A stretch of DNA of 61,236 nt from an uncultured Erysipelotrichaceae bacterium (GTDB taxonomy: Bacteria; Bacillota_I; Bacilli_A; RF39; UBA660), in the NCBI GenBank assembly GCA_902801795.1, contig CADCJQ010000004.1, positions 1 through 61,236 on the forward strand, read 5' to 3'. Every line of letters starts with the position of its first letter. The stretch's first letter is position 1. A program made the translations under genes and the position numbers. Positions 41,893 to 52,597 of this stretch are shown here, piece after piece. Under the pieces are notes generated by a model. The model ran no database searches and had not been told where the DNA came from. It saw only the letters and a list, made by a program, of their open reading frames with translations.

Positions 41893-42832
41893 TTTCCTCT
41901 CCTCCTTTTATAATGGTTGTACCACATCTACCATTAATTGCTTCTTTGGCCTTATCTAAAGAAGTAATAATAGCCCTTGTCTTATCAGAATGAAGAAGAA
42001 AATAAATACATGCTTCTATTTTAGGTAACATTGACCCTTTGGCAAATTCACCTGCTTCTAAATATTGTTTTGCTTCCATGGTTGTTATCTTCTTCAATCC
42101 TTTTTCATTTTCTTTATTAAAATTAATTTTTACTTCATCAACCGCTGTTAAGATAAGTAACACATCAGCATTTATTTTACTTGCTAATAATGCACTGGTT
42201 CTATCTTTATCAATAACAGCATCAACACCAAGATATCCTTTTTCGGTATAGATAACTGGTATTCCTCCACCACCACAAGTTATAACAACATTATGTTCTT
42301 CAATTAACTTTTTAATAGTCGTTAATTCACATATTTTTCGAGGAATTGGTGATGCTATAACCCGACGCCATCCACGTCCAGCATCTTCTTTATATATTGT
42401 CCCACTTTCTCTTGCTAATTTTTTAGCAACAGTCTCTGAATAAAATGGTCCAATCGGCTTTGTTGGATCTTTAAAAGCCGGATCAACTTTATCAACTTCA
42501 ACTTGTGAAACAACGGTAACTACACGCCTACGCATATTTCGTTCTTGAAATTCTGCCTGCATTGCTTGTTGTAAATGATATCCAATATATCCTTGACTCA
42601 TTGCCCCACATTCAGCAAAAGGCATATCATCTAAAGAAGTTGTTGGATCAACATTGGCCATAGCATTAAAAATCATACCTACTTGTGGCCCATTACCATG
42701 GGTAATAATAAGTTCATGTCCCATTTCTACTAAATCAACTAAATTTTTTACTGTCTTCCTAACTATTTCTAATTGTTCTTTGGGATTACTTCCCAATGCA
42801 TTTCCACCTAATGCAACTACAATTCTACTCAT
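41879..42832 (-). CDS. arcC: Carbamate kinase
   Basis: [39 protein letters not shown]. Confidence 0.96.
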   Translation of the reverse strand: MSRIVVALGGNALGSNPKEQLEIVRKTVKNLVDLVEMGHELIITHGNGPQVGMIFNAMANVDPTTSLDDMPFAECGAMSQGYIGYHLQQAMQAEFQERNMRRRVVTVVSQVEVDKVDPAFKDPTKPIGPFYSETVAKKLARESGTIYKEDAGRGWRRVIASPIPRKICELTTIKKLIEEHNVVITCGGGGIPVIYTEKGYLGVDAVIDKDRTSALLASKINADVLLILTAVDEVKINFNKENEKGLKKITTMEAKQYLEAGEFAKGSMLPKIEACIYFLLHSDKTRAIITSLDKAKEAINGRCGTTIIKGGEENGRY

Positions 42833-43819
42833 CTCTTAATGTCTCATACATTACAGCTTTAATCGTATGAAGTCTATTTTCCGCTTCTTCAAAAACACGA
42901 GAATGATTAGATTCAAAGACTTCATCTGTAACTTCCATTTCTTTTAATCCATATTTTTCATATATTTGTTTACCGATTGTTGTACCAATATTATGAAAAG
43001 ATGGAAGACAATGTAAGAAAATAGCATTAGGTTTAGCATTATGCATTACTTGCATAGTAACTTGATATGGTCGAAGTAATTTTATTCTTTCAAGCCAGAC
43101 TTCATCAGGTTCTCCCATTGATACCCAAACATCAGTATAAATAGCATCAGCATCTTTAGTACCAGCCATAATATCTTCAGTTAATGTAATCGAACCACCA
43201 GTCATATCACAAATACTACTACACTTTTCTACAAGATTTTCTTTAGGAAATAAACTTTTAGGGGCACAACAAGTAAAATGCATACCAAGTTTGGCACAAA
43301 CAACCATTAAAGAATTACCAACATTATTTCGAGCATCACCACAAAAGACCAATTTTCGTCCTTTTAAGTCACCAAATTCTTCTTTAATCGTCATTACATC
43401 CGCTAACATTTGTGTTGGATGAAATTCATTAGTTAATCCGTTCCAAACAGGAACATTAGCATAATCAGCAATCTCATTAACAATGTTTTGTTCAAATCCT
43501 CGATATTCAATACCATCATACATTCTTGCTAATACACGAGCAGTATCCGCAATAGTTTCTTTCTTACCCATTTGTGAGCCTGTTGGACCAAGATATGTCG
43601 CATGCATTCCTAAATCTTTAGCAGCAACTTCAAAAGCACATCTCGTCCTTGTAGAGTCCTTCTCAAAAAGTAAAGCTACTTGTTTTCCTTTTAAATATGT
43701 ATGCGGAACTCCATTTCTTTTCATTTCTTTAAAACGAGAAGCAGATCTAGTAAATATTCTATTTCTTCTGGAGTATAGTCAAGAAGTTTTAAAAAATCTC
43801 TCTTTCGCAAATCTACCAT
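42825..43819 (-). pseudogene. arcB: Ornithine carbamoyltransferase, frameshifted near codon 27
   Basis: ATG 43819 [26 protein letters not shown], 1 nt missing at about 43742, then [10 protein letters not shown]...STRTR, HPTQ, HCLP. Confidence 0.85.
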
Positions 43820-45060
43820 TTAACATCCTCCCTTATTAAAGGCATACTCATACATCTTGGACCACCACGTCCACGTGATAATTCAGCACCATGAATTTCA
43901 ATAACTTTAATACCTTCTTTTCTTAATGTTTCATTAGTAACATTATTACGATCATAAACAACAACTACTCCTGGCTCAATACATAAAGTATTAGATCCAT
44001 CATTCCATTGTTCACGCTCTGCTGCTACTTTATCTCCTCCTGCACAAGGAATTAATTTAACAGGATGTTGTAGGTATCTTTCTAATATTTTCCCTAATGG
44101 AGCATTTATTTCCTTAACAACTAAATCTTCAAAGGTTGTTGGATCAAATCCTTCTGTTATTTCAAATACTTGAAGAGTTCCCATAATACCAGGATGATAA
44201 GTAAAAGTATATTTATCAATTTGTGTAAAAACAGTATCTAGATGCATAAAAGCTCTTGAATTTGGAATATTGAAAGCTAATATTGTATCAATATTACAAT
44301 CTAAATTACGAAAATAGTTTTTCGCTAATTGATCAATTGCTTCTGGTTGCGTTCTTTGAGAAATACCAATTGCTACCACATGGTCATTAATATTTAATAA
44401 ATCTCCACCTTCCGTATGCCAAGCATAACTACGATCATAATATTTATTTACATTTTTATATTGTGGATGATATTTAAAGATATACTCAGCATATATTGTT
44501 TCACGATTTCTCGTATTAGAATACATACGATGTAGATCAATACCATCTCCTACACTTGCAAAATTATCTCTTGTAAAATATAAGTTAGGCATTGGTTCAG
44601 CCAAAAATTTATCAGGAGTTTGAATAAGATCAACTAAAGTCTTTTCAAAATCTTTCTTTTCATCATAAATTTCTCCTACTTGAATACCTTCCATTGTTTT
44701 TAAAACTAATTCCTTAGGATCTTTAATATTATTTAAATACTTTCCTACTAATTGTTTGTATTTTACAGTATGGATTCCAGCTTCATCCATAAATTGTTTA
44801 ATAAATTTTGCTCTTATACTATCACTAGATGCAATAACTTCTGACATTAAGTCTTCTAAATAAACAACTTCAACACCATTTTCTCTTAAAGCATTAGCAA
44901 AAGCATCATGTTCCTTTTGAGCATCTGGTAAAAAAGGAATATCATCAAAAAGCAAATTACTTAGTGTATCTGGGGTTAAATTCAATAATTCCTTTCCAGG
45001 TCGATGTAATAAAACTTTCTTTAATTTTCCAATTTCACTTGTTACATGAATATTTTTCAT
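43813..45060 (-). CDS. arcA: Arginine deiminase
   Basis: [41 protein letters not shown]. Confidence 0.97.
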   Translation of the reverse strand: MKNIHVTSEIGKLKKVLLHRPGKELLNLTPDTLSNLLFDDIPFLPDAQKEHDAFANALRENGVEVVYLEDLMSEVIASSDSIRAKFIKQFMDEAGIHTVKYKQLVGKYLNNIKDPKELVLKTMEGIQVGEIYDEKKDFEKTLVDLIQTPDKFLAEPMPNLYFTRDNFASVGDGIDLHRMYSNTRNRETIYAEYIFKYHPQYKNVNKYYDRSYAWHTEGGDLLNINDHVVAIGISQRTQPEAIDQLAKNYFRNLDCNIDTILAFNIPNSRAFMHLDTVFTQIDKYTFTYHPGIMGTLQVFEITEGFDPTTFEDLVVKEINAPLGKILERYLQHPVKLIPCAGGDKVAAEREQWNDGSNTLCIEPGVVVVYDRNNVTNETLRKEGIKVIEIHGAELSRGRGGPRCMSMPLIREDVKW

Positions 45061-45164
45061 TTTTCCTCCCTATTCTTTTATATAACATACTATCACTTAG
45101 TATAATTTAATTATAGCAGAAAATAGAAAAAAGTAAACGATATATGCAAAAAAAATAGTTTCTT

Positions 45165-45875
45165 TCAACTATTTTTTTTCAATATAACTATTGCATTATT
45201 TAATAATGCTTCATATTCTTCATTACCTAAATATTTTTTTATCTTTATAGTTGCTTTATTCCAAATATCATATTTTTTACGATGATGAATATCGCTTGCA
45301 AGAAATGTTACTTTCTTTTCTTTAAAAAGTCTTTTAACCAATTTTCGGGTACTTTTACCATACCCATTAACAATACTTTCAATATTACATTGAAAAAGAA
45401 CTCCCATTTTTTCTAATTCATTAATTTTATGAAAATCTTTTTGAAAAGCAAAATATCGTTCAGGATGTGCTAAAATAACTTTTTTTCCTTTACTTATTAA
45501 ATCAAACAAAATATCTTCATAACCAGGAAATTCCCCACTCATAGGTAACTCAATTAAAAGATAATCACTATCATTTAAAGAAGTTACTTGTTTATTTTTT
45601 AATAAATAATCTATTTTTTCATCGATATATATTTCATTTCCTAAATATAAATTAATATGTATTTGTTGTTTCTGCAATTCTTTTTTTAAAGCATTTATTT
45701 TATTTCTGTTATCTTTCTTACTACTAGTATATTTACTATTTACGATATAATGTGGCGTTAATACAATATCTGTATATCCCAAACTTTCTAAATCTCTTAA
45801 TATTTCAATGCTTTCTTCTATTGTTTTACAACCATCATCAACACCATATAAAAGATGCGAATGAATATCAATCAC
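45165..45875 (-). CDS. CpsB/CapC PHP tyrosine phosphatase
   Basis: MIDIHSH...DDG, TPH, AHPERY, ASDIH. Confidence 0.92.
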   Translation of the reverse strand: MIDIHSHLLYGVDDGCKTIEESIEILRDLESLGYTDIVLTPHYIVNSKYTSSKKDNRNKINALKKELQKQQIHINLYLGNEIYIDEKIDYLLKNKQVTSLNDSDYLLIELPMSGEFPGYEDILFDLISKGKKVILAHPERYFAFQKDFHKINELEKMGVLFQCNIESIVNGYGKSTRKLVKRLFKEKKVTFLASDIHHRKKYDIWNKATIKIKKYLGNEEYEALLNNAIVILKKNS

Positions 45876-47221
45876 TATTCTTTTTCTCCATAGTAGTAAT
45901 AACTACCATAATGTCCTTTTGTAGGAACAATATTATTAACTACACATCCAGCAATTTGAGCATTAACATTTTCAAGAGCTTTAATAGTATTTTTAAGTTC
46001 TGTTTTTACAGAATAATTTACTGCTGTAACTAATAATACCTTATCAACATAAGTTGATAAAATAAGTGAATCAGCAAGTCCAGATATTGGAGCTCCGTCA
46101 AGAATAATAATATCATAATATTTTTTTAATGTATTAATTATTGATGCATTTTTCTTAGAATTTAGTAATTCACTAGGATTTGGTGGGAAAACACCTCTTG
46201 GAATAATTGATAAATTCTCAATACTGGTTTTAATAATAAAATCTCTTGATTTGCTAATATCACCAATTAACAAATTAGAAAGTCCAACTTTACCAGAAAC
46301 ATTAAAAATCTTATGTTGTCTTCCTTTACGTAAATCACAATCAATTATTAATACCTTTTTCCCTGTTTGAGCAAAAGAAATCGCTAAATTAGCACTAATA
46401 AAACTTTTTCCTTCTGCTGGTAGCGAACTCGTTACTAAAATTGTTTTTAATTCATCATCTACTGCGGCAAATTGTAAATTAGTTCTAAGAGTTCTAATAC
46501 TTTCACTTGTTAATGCATTAGGTTTTTTATCAACTATTAAATCAATTTTATTAGTATCCTTATATATTTTGGCAATAACTGGTGTTCCAACTTCTCCTTC
46601 AACTTCATCAACACTTCGTATAGTATCATCAAAATAAAAGATAATAAAGATAATAGCACTGGAACCCGTAAAACCAATTAAGGCCGCTAATATAATATCT
46701 CTTACAAAATGATTATTTGATGGATTTTCAGGAACTTCTGCTCTATCAATAATACTAACATTATTTAATTTATATATTTTTGTTATTTCATGATCAAATA
46801 CTTCTGCCAAATTATTAGCAATCTTACTTGCCATTTGAGGTTCACTATCAGTTACTGTTATTTTTAATATTTCTGTATCCTCTTTAGATTGAACATCAAT
46901 CATTTTTTGCATTTGTTCTAATGTATAAGATAAATTAAGATTATGAATAACTTGCTCAAGAACTAGTCGACTCTTAATTATCTCACGATATGTTGATACT
47001 AATTTTTGATTTAAAATAATATCACTTTGACTTATTGTGTCAACACTATCTGTCGTTTCATCTTTTACCAAAACAAGTGTCGTGTAAGTTGAATACAATG
47101 GTGTTTTAAAAACTTTATCATATAAACCAATTCCTAAGATAAATAACAATACTACCATTACAACTAGTACAATAAATTTTTTATAATAATCTAAAAAATC
47201 TTTAATATTTATTTCTTCCAT
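45875..47221 (-). CDS. Fused CpsC-CpsD (Wzz + BY-kinase) tyrosine autokinase
   Basis: Wzz N-domain; ESIRTLRTNL, EGKS, IDCDLR, ILDGAP; Tyr cluster HYGSYYYYG. Confidence 0.9.
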   Translation of the reverse strand: MEEINIKDFLDYYKKFIVLVVMVVLLFILGIGLYDKVFKTPLYSTYTTLVLVKDETTDSVDTISQSDIILNQKLVSTYREIIKSRLVLEQVIHNLNLSYTLEQMQKMIDVQSKEDTEILKITVTDSEPQMASKIANNLAEVFDHEITKIYKLNNVSIIDRAEVPENPSNNHFVRDIILAALIGFTGSSAIIFIIFYFDDTIRSVDEVEGEVGTPVIAKIYKDTNKIDLIVDKKPNALTSESIRTLRTNLQFAAVDDELKTILVTSSLPAEGKSFISANLAISFAQTGKKVLIIDCDLRKGRQHKIFNVSGKVGLSNLLIGDISKSRDFIIKTSIENLSIIPRGVFPPNPSELLNSKKNASIINTLKKYYDIIILDGAPISGLADSLILSTYVDKVLLVTAVNYSVKTELKNTIKALENVNAQIAGCVVNNIVPTKGHYGSYYYYGEKE

Positions 47222-47262
47222 GAATACAACTCCTCTTTTTCTTCTTTATTATACATTGTTAA

Positions 47263-48093
47263 TCAACGAATTTCAATACTTTTGTGATATTTTCTACGTA
47301 TAGAGAATGTAAAAATACTATATATTCCGAATATACATAATATAATACCCTCTCCTAATAGAAGTCTACTGATATAATGCAAAACAATTCTTAATAACTG
47401 AGAAAAATTTTCAGTAATAACTAAAACATTGTCCACATCAATTCTATCATAAACTGCCATACGAATAAACAAGATTATCATTCCTATTCCTAAGATAATA
47501 ACGCCCCATGAATAAATTTTTATTTTTCTTAAAAAAATATATAACATAATCAAACCAATAATAGAAACTACTAATGAAATATTAATATATTTATTTAATT
47601 TATAATATTTTGGAATAAAAGTATTAGCCATCTTATATAAGGTTATTTCATTTTTATAAATATTGACCATTTCATCTTCAAATAATAATAAATCATTTTG
47701 ATTCAAAACACCTAAATTACTTTTTTGAAGAAATGACTTAATATTACTATCTAATTTTTCTTTAATATTATCTTTTACTAATTTAGTTTCTTTTCCTAAA
47801 TATGTATTTTCAATAAATATGTTTATATCATCAATAACTTCATCTTTTGTATAAAGATTATTTAATATCTCATTGGTAAATCCCGTTGACATAAGATAGC
47901 TTTGCATCTCATCATTTATTTCATCATAAATAGTTTGATAGTAATTATTATCTTTTACTAAATGATAAAGATAATGTTTATTACCAATAGAAAACTTCAT
48001 AATTAATGCTAAAGCAAATATAACTCCTAAAAACAAGGTAACAAAACCTAAAATGTAACTTAAAACAATATTATTCTTTTTCAATTTCATCAC
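47263..48093 (-). CDS. Hypothetical membrane protein
   Basis: 1+3 TM arrangement; operonic overlap. Confidence 0.7.
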   Translation of the reverse strand: MMKLKKNNIVLSYILGFVTLFLGVIFALALIMKFSIGNKHYLYHLVKDNNYYQTIYDEINDEMQSYLMSTGFTNEILNNLYTKDEVIDDINIFIENTYLGKETKLVKDNIKEKLDSNIKSFLQKSNLGVLNQNDLLLFEDEMVNIYKNEITLYKMANTFIPKYYKLNKYINISLVVSIIGLIMLYIFLRKIKIYSWGVIILGIGMIILFIRMAVYDRIDVDNVLVITENFSQLLRIVLHYISRLLLGEGIILCIFGIYSIFTFSIRRKYHKSIEIR

Positions 48094-48706
48094 CTATTTT
48101 CTCAGCATAAACAACATATCTCTCTTTTTTATGTCCTGCAATACCTTTATCAATTGGCCAACATGTATACATCATTAATAATTCTTTATCATGTTGAATA
48201 GGAAAAGCTGAAAGATCGGTTTCTTTTACTATTTTATATTCCTTCATTTGATATTTAAAAGTTCCATATGTTGCTTTTATTGTAATAATATCTCCTACTT
48301 TTATTTTATCTAAATCATGAAATAAACCCGCATTATTATGAGCAGCATATAAAATACTGCCATTTTCTCCGGGAAAATATGATCCTGTATAATGACCCAC
48401 TCCTAACCTTAATATTTTCTTGTTATCACCATGATATACTGGTAAAGTAAGATTAATTGAAGGTATTTCAAGAGTCGCATATTTACTTCCATAACTTGGA
48501 TAATCAATTAATCTCTTTGCTTCAATATTATATTTAGCAATTATTTCTATGTCTTCTCCCCTTACGGCAGTGGTATTTATTAATGAAACGTAAGGCATTA
48601 TTTTATCTTCCAAAAGGAAGTAATAACATAAAACAAAAATTGCTGCAAAGAAAAAAGAAATCGCTAAATTACTAGCAAATTTCTTTTTATTTACATTCTT
48701 AATCAT
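48071..48706 (-). CDS. Sortase (class D-like)
   Basis: LPVYHG...L..GVGH...S.FPGE, AAH, MYTCWP, ERYVV. Confidence 0.9.
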   Translation of the reverse strand: MIKNVNKKKFASNLAISFFFAAIFVLCYYFLLEDKIMPYVSLINTTAVRGEDIEIIAKYNIEAKRLIDYPSYGSKYATLEIPSINLTLPVYHGDNKKILRLGVGHYTGSYFPGENGSILYAAHNNAGLFHDLDKIKVGDIITIKATYGTFKYQMKEYKIVKETDLSAFPIQHDKELLMMYTCWPIDKGIAGHKKERYVVYAEKIGDEIEKE

Positions 48707-49230
48707 TATTCACTAGTCTTAACTTGTTTAATTACTAAACATGTACCAACTGCTACGATTAAGATTGAAAGACCAGCAATAATTGCAGTTTTACTTGTTT
48801 CATATCCAGTTCTTTTTACAGGAGTATCGATTATTACTTTTGTTCCGTCAGAATTCTTAACTTCAAGTCCTTCTTTTGTTAAAGTTGCTTTAACTTTTGT
48901 TTCAGAAGATATTTCTTCAACAATAGCCTTTAATTCATTTTTAACACTTTGAGGATATTTAGTAAAATTAGTATTTCCTTGACCTTTGATAACATTCAAA
49001 GCCTTTTGAACCTTTGCCCAAATTGTATCAGCATCAGCTTCACTTATCTCATTTTTTTCAAGATATCTTTCTACAATTACCTTTTGATCATCAGATAAAG
49101 TATAATCCTTTCCTCCAATTTCAAAAGTTTGGAATAACTTTCCCTTTAATTCGGCTTCTGTCATTGCTTTTACATTTGTTCCTAAAACAAGTAAACCAAC
49201 AAATAATGCGATTAAACTCAATTTTTTCAT
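48706..49230 (-). CDS. Secreted protein, probable sortase substrate
   Basis: Start MKKLSL with GGAGGG RBS; C-terminal PVKRTG + TM + basic tail; directly upstream of the sortase. Confidence 0.7.
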   Translation of the reverse strand: MKKLSLIALFVGLLVLGTNVKAMTEAELKGKLFQTFEIGGKDYTLSDDQKVIVERYLEKNEISEADADTIWAKVQKALNVIKGQGNTNFTKYPQSVKNELKAIVEEISSETKVKATLTKEGLEVKNSDGTKVIIDTPVKRTGYETSKTAIIAGLSILIVAVGTCLVIKQVKTSE

Positions 49231-49299
49231 TTTTCCCTCCATAAGATACATTATATAACGAAAAAAAAAGAAGCACAAGCAAAAAAACATAATTTTCCA

Positions 49300-49806
49300 T
49301 TATTTGACACTTTTTTTCTTTTTTCTTCTTTTCATTATTAATTTATACCCAAAAGTAGACATTATACATCCTAATAAAGCACCTATACTATCAATTAAAA
49401 CATCACTAAATTGTCCCGTTCGTCCATTAATAAATGTTTGATGGTATTCATCTGTACAAGCATATAAAAAACAAACACCAATACTAATTAAATAATATTG
49501 ATAAAAAGGCATCTTCTTTAATACAATCAAAAAATTCATTAACAATATCGCCAAAACTAAATAGACAAAAGCATGAGATAACTTTCGAAAATAATAATTT
49601 GTATCCTCAATAAATTCTTTAGTTTTATGTTTTAATAAGGCTTCCGGACTTGCCCCCGTTATTTTATCATATTTATCAACAATACTAATAGCAATGGTTT
49701 TACTTTGATCATCAGAGGTATTAGCATCCATTTCTGACATTACAAAGATAAATATCATCCAAATAACAACAAGTAAGCCCCAAATAACTATTTTTTTATT
49801 AATCAT
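49300..49806 (-). CDS. VanZ family protein
   Basis: WM.FIF..S, RK..H..Y, YA.TDE.HQ.FI.GR......DV.ID. Confidence 0.88.
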   Translation of the reverse strand: MINKKIVIWGLLVVIWMIFIFVMSEMDANTSDDQSKTIAISIVDKYDKITGASPEALLKHKTKEFIEDTNYYFRKLSHAFVYLVLAILLMNFLIVLKKMPFYQYYLISIGVCFLYACTDEYHQTFINGRTGQFSDVLIDSIGALLGCIMSTFGYKLIMKRRKKKKSVK

Positions 49807-50381
49807 TCAATAACCTCTTCTTGATATTTGGACTTATATAAATCAACTTCATTATCATTTTCAGTAACAACCTTCTCAATTTTGGGTAAATCATCAATTG
49901 TACTTAATCCAAAATAATCCAAGAACTCACTTGTTGTTTTGTAAAGAATCGGATGCCCAGCCATCTCACTTCTTCCACATTCCTTTAATAACCCTTTAGC
50001 CACTAATTTTCTTATCATTTGTCCTGTATTAACCCCACGTATTTCATCAACCTCTATTCTAGTAATAGGTTCATTATAGGCAATAATCGCAAGTGTTTCT
50101 AAAGCACTATTTGATAATGTATTACTTTCTTCATTAATTAATAATTTCTGATAGTAAGCATGATGTTCCTCTTTGGTTGTTAATTTAAAAGTATTTCCTA
50201 AAAAATGTATTCTAATACCGCGGTCACGACTTTCATAATCTCTTTTTAATTCATTAATCAATTCTAATGCTTCATCATGTTCAATCTCTAAAATTTCCAT
50301 AATGCCACTAATTGTTAAACCATCATCACCAACAACAAATAATAATCCTTCTAAAGCGGCTTTCTTTTCTACATCAATCAT
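49803..50381 (-). CDS. scpB: SMC-Scp complex subunit ScpB
   Basis: EGLLFV.G, LS..ALETLAIIAY.EPITR.E...IRGV, FLDYFGL. Confidence 0.95.
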   Translation of the reverse strand: MIDVEKKAALEGLLFVVGDDGLTISGIMEILEIEHDEALELINELKRDYESRDRGIRIHFLGNTFKLTTKEEHHAYYQKLLINEESNTLSNSALETLAIIAYNEPITRIEVDEIRGVNTGQMIRKLVAKGLLKECGRSEMAGHPILYKTTSEFLDYFGLSTIDDLPKIEKVVTENDNEVDLYKSKYQEEVIE

Positions 50382-50445
50382 TTCTCACCTAACCTCTTAA
50401 TTATAAACGAAAAGAAGAACTTTTTCTAGTCTTCTTTTCTTTTTT

Positions 50446-50721
50446 TTATAAATTAATATTATTAATACCATTTTTTAATGAATATGTATAATATCCTAAT
50501 CTATTTAATATTTCACTTGTTTTCTTGCTTTTAATACCATATTCACATACTAATAAATATTTTTTATTCTTTAATAAATATCTTTCAGGATATACAATCA
50601 ATAATTCAAATGGTACATTAATAGCATCAATAAAATGTTTTACAAGATAATCTTGTTGACTTCGTAAATCAATTATATTAACATCTTTCATTTTAATATA
50701 AGTGTCATAATCAATTTCCAT
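50446..50721 (-). CDS. Rhodanese-like protein
   Basis: IIDLR...Y...H...AIN.P, VC..G..S, L..GI. Confidence 0.85.
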   Translation of the reverse strand: MEIDYDTYIKMKDVNIIDLRSQQDYLVKHFIDAINVPFELLIVYPERYLLKNKKYLLVCEYGIKSKKTSEILNRLGYYTYSLKNGINNINL

Positions 50722-50766
50722 ACCTCACCATTACATTTTATTATATAACCGCTATTAATATGAATT

Positions 50767-52537
50767 TTAATACTTTTCAATAATTCTTTCTAGTTCACTA
50801 TCAATGTTTTCTAATAGTAAATAATCACTAAAGCCATCTTCTAAAAAATGTTCTTTAATATGTTCTTTATCTTCTTTTAACATGATGATTACTGGTGTAT
50901 CAAAACCTTTAATTTCTTTCATTCCTTTAAAAGTCATAAATCCCGACATTTCTTTCATTTCATCTTCCATCAAGATAAAATCATATTTTTTACCTTCTTT
51001 TATTTTATCAATGGCATCCATTCCATAATATAAATTAGAATAGGTTATTTTATTATCATTTAATTTTTTCTTAATAATATTATTTATTTCTTTATTTTGT
51101 GAAACTAATAAAACTTTACGATAACTTGTAATATCATTTTCATACTGCGCTAAAATACTTTTATCTTTTTCATGATAAACTCGTTGATCAATTGTTAAAA
51201 TAACATCCGTTCCTTTGCCAAGAGTAGATTTAATCATTAAATTTCCACCCATTATTTTAATAACTTTTTGACAAACTTTAATATTATATTCTTTCGCTTC
51301 AAGATTATCTAATTCATCTTTATCAAGTTCTCCTGTTGCACTTATTATTTCATTAATCTTATCAATAGGCATTCCACTACCAGTATCGGATACATTGAAA
51401 ATAACACGACAAACATCATATTTTTCTATTAAATTAACTTTCAAATTAATATTGCCACTTGTAGTATTTTTACATGAATTTACTAAAAGTGAATACAAAA
51501 TCTGACGTATTTTCATATAATCTCCAAAAAGAATAGGAACTTGTTTTGGAAGAAACATTTGGTTGTTTTTCATTTTTAACACGTACAAGTAAATCATTAC
51601 ATATTTTAACTAAATCATATTTACTATTTACAACCTTAATTTTTTGAACATCAAGTGATGAAATATTTAAAATATTATTAATGGAGAAATCTAATTGTTT
51701 AACTAAATTATTAAGTGCTACAACACCCTCTTTAATCTTTTTAGGATTATCTTCATTTTTTATTTCATTACACAAAGTATTAATATTTATTAAAGGATTT
51801 CTTGCTTCACCTGTCATTTCAAATAAAAAATTATATTTATCCTCATAATTTTGTTCCATTAATTCTTTATTCTTATATAATTCATTAAGCATATTAACAT
51901 CAGGGTTTTCAATAGTGAAATACATCAAAAATGTTATAAATGTTTCAGTATATGTTAAAAGTAGAAGTCCAGGATTTAGTTTTTGAATAATCATCACTGT
52001 TCCTCCAAAAAGCATAAACAAAATAAGCGGGTAAAACTTTTTTTGAAATATTTGTTTTCTATTCTTTAACATACAATAAATAAGAATTATGATTAACAAA
52101 CCAGAAAGTAAATATATAAAATTTGCTGCCGGACCTTTTGAGTACACAACATTACCTTCACTAATACATTCAAGTGGTAACAAAAATACCGTCGTAACCA
52201 AGAAAAAATAACCAACAAAAAAAATATTTTGAAATTTACGAAAATTAGTTTTTGGAAATGTTATTACAATTGTATACAAACAAAAAATAAAAAGCCAGGT
52301 AATTAAATATACTAAATATAATCTTGAAAAAATTATATTTAGTAATGAAAAAATATGCATATTTTTCATAAAATACCAAGTTCCCAATCCAATAACAACT
52401 CCACACATACTTGTTATAATCAAATATGAATATATTTTATTTTCAAGACGTTTAATTCTTACCTTCGAGAAAAAAACAATTAATAATAAAATTATATAAA
52501 ATAAACTTGCCAACGTAAAAGTGATTCCAGCATTCAT
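50767..52537 (-). pseudogene. Membrane hybrid sensor kinase/receiver-like gene, split by a frameshift at about 51550
   Basis: 7TM sensor + HisKA-like part in 51470..52537; HATPase (GD..KIRQIL, DTGSGM, MGG, GKGT) and receiver in 50767..51597. Confidence 0.8.
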
Positions 52538-52597
52538 AACATCACCAACCTTTAACTATAGTATACCAAAAAAAATAGTATTAGACCATACTATTTT

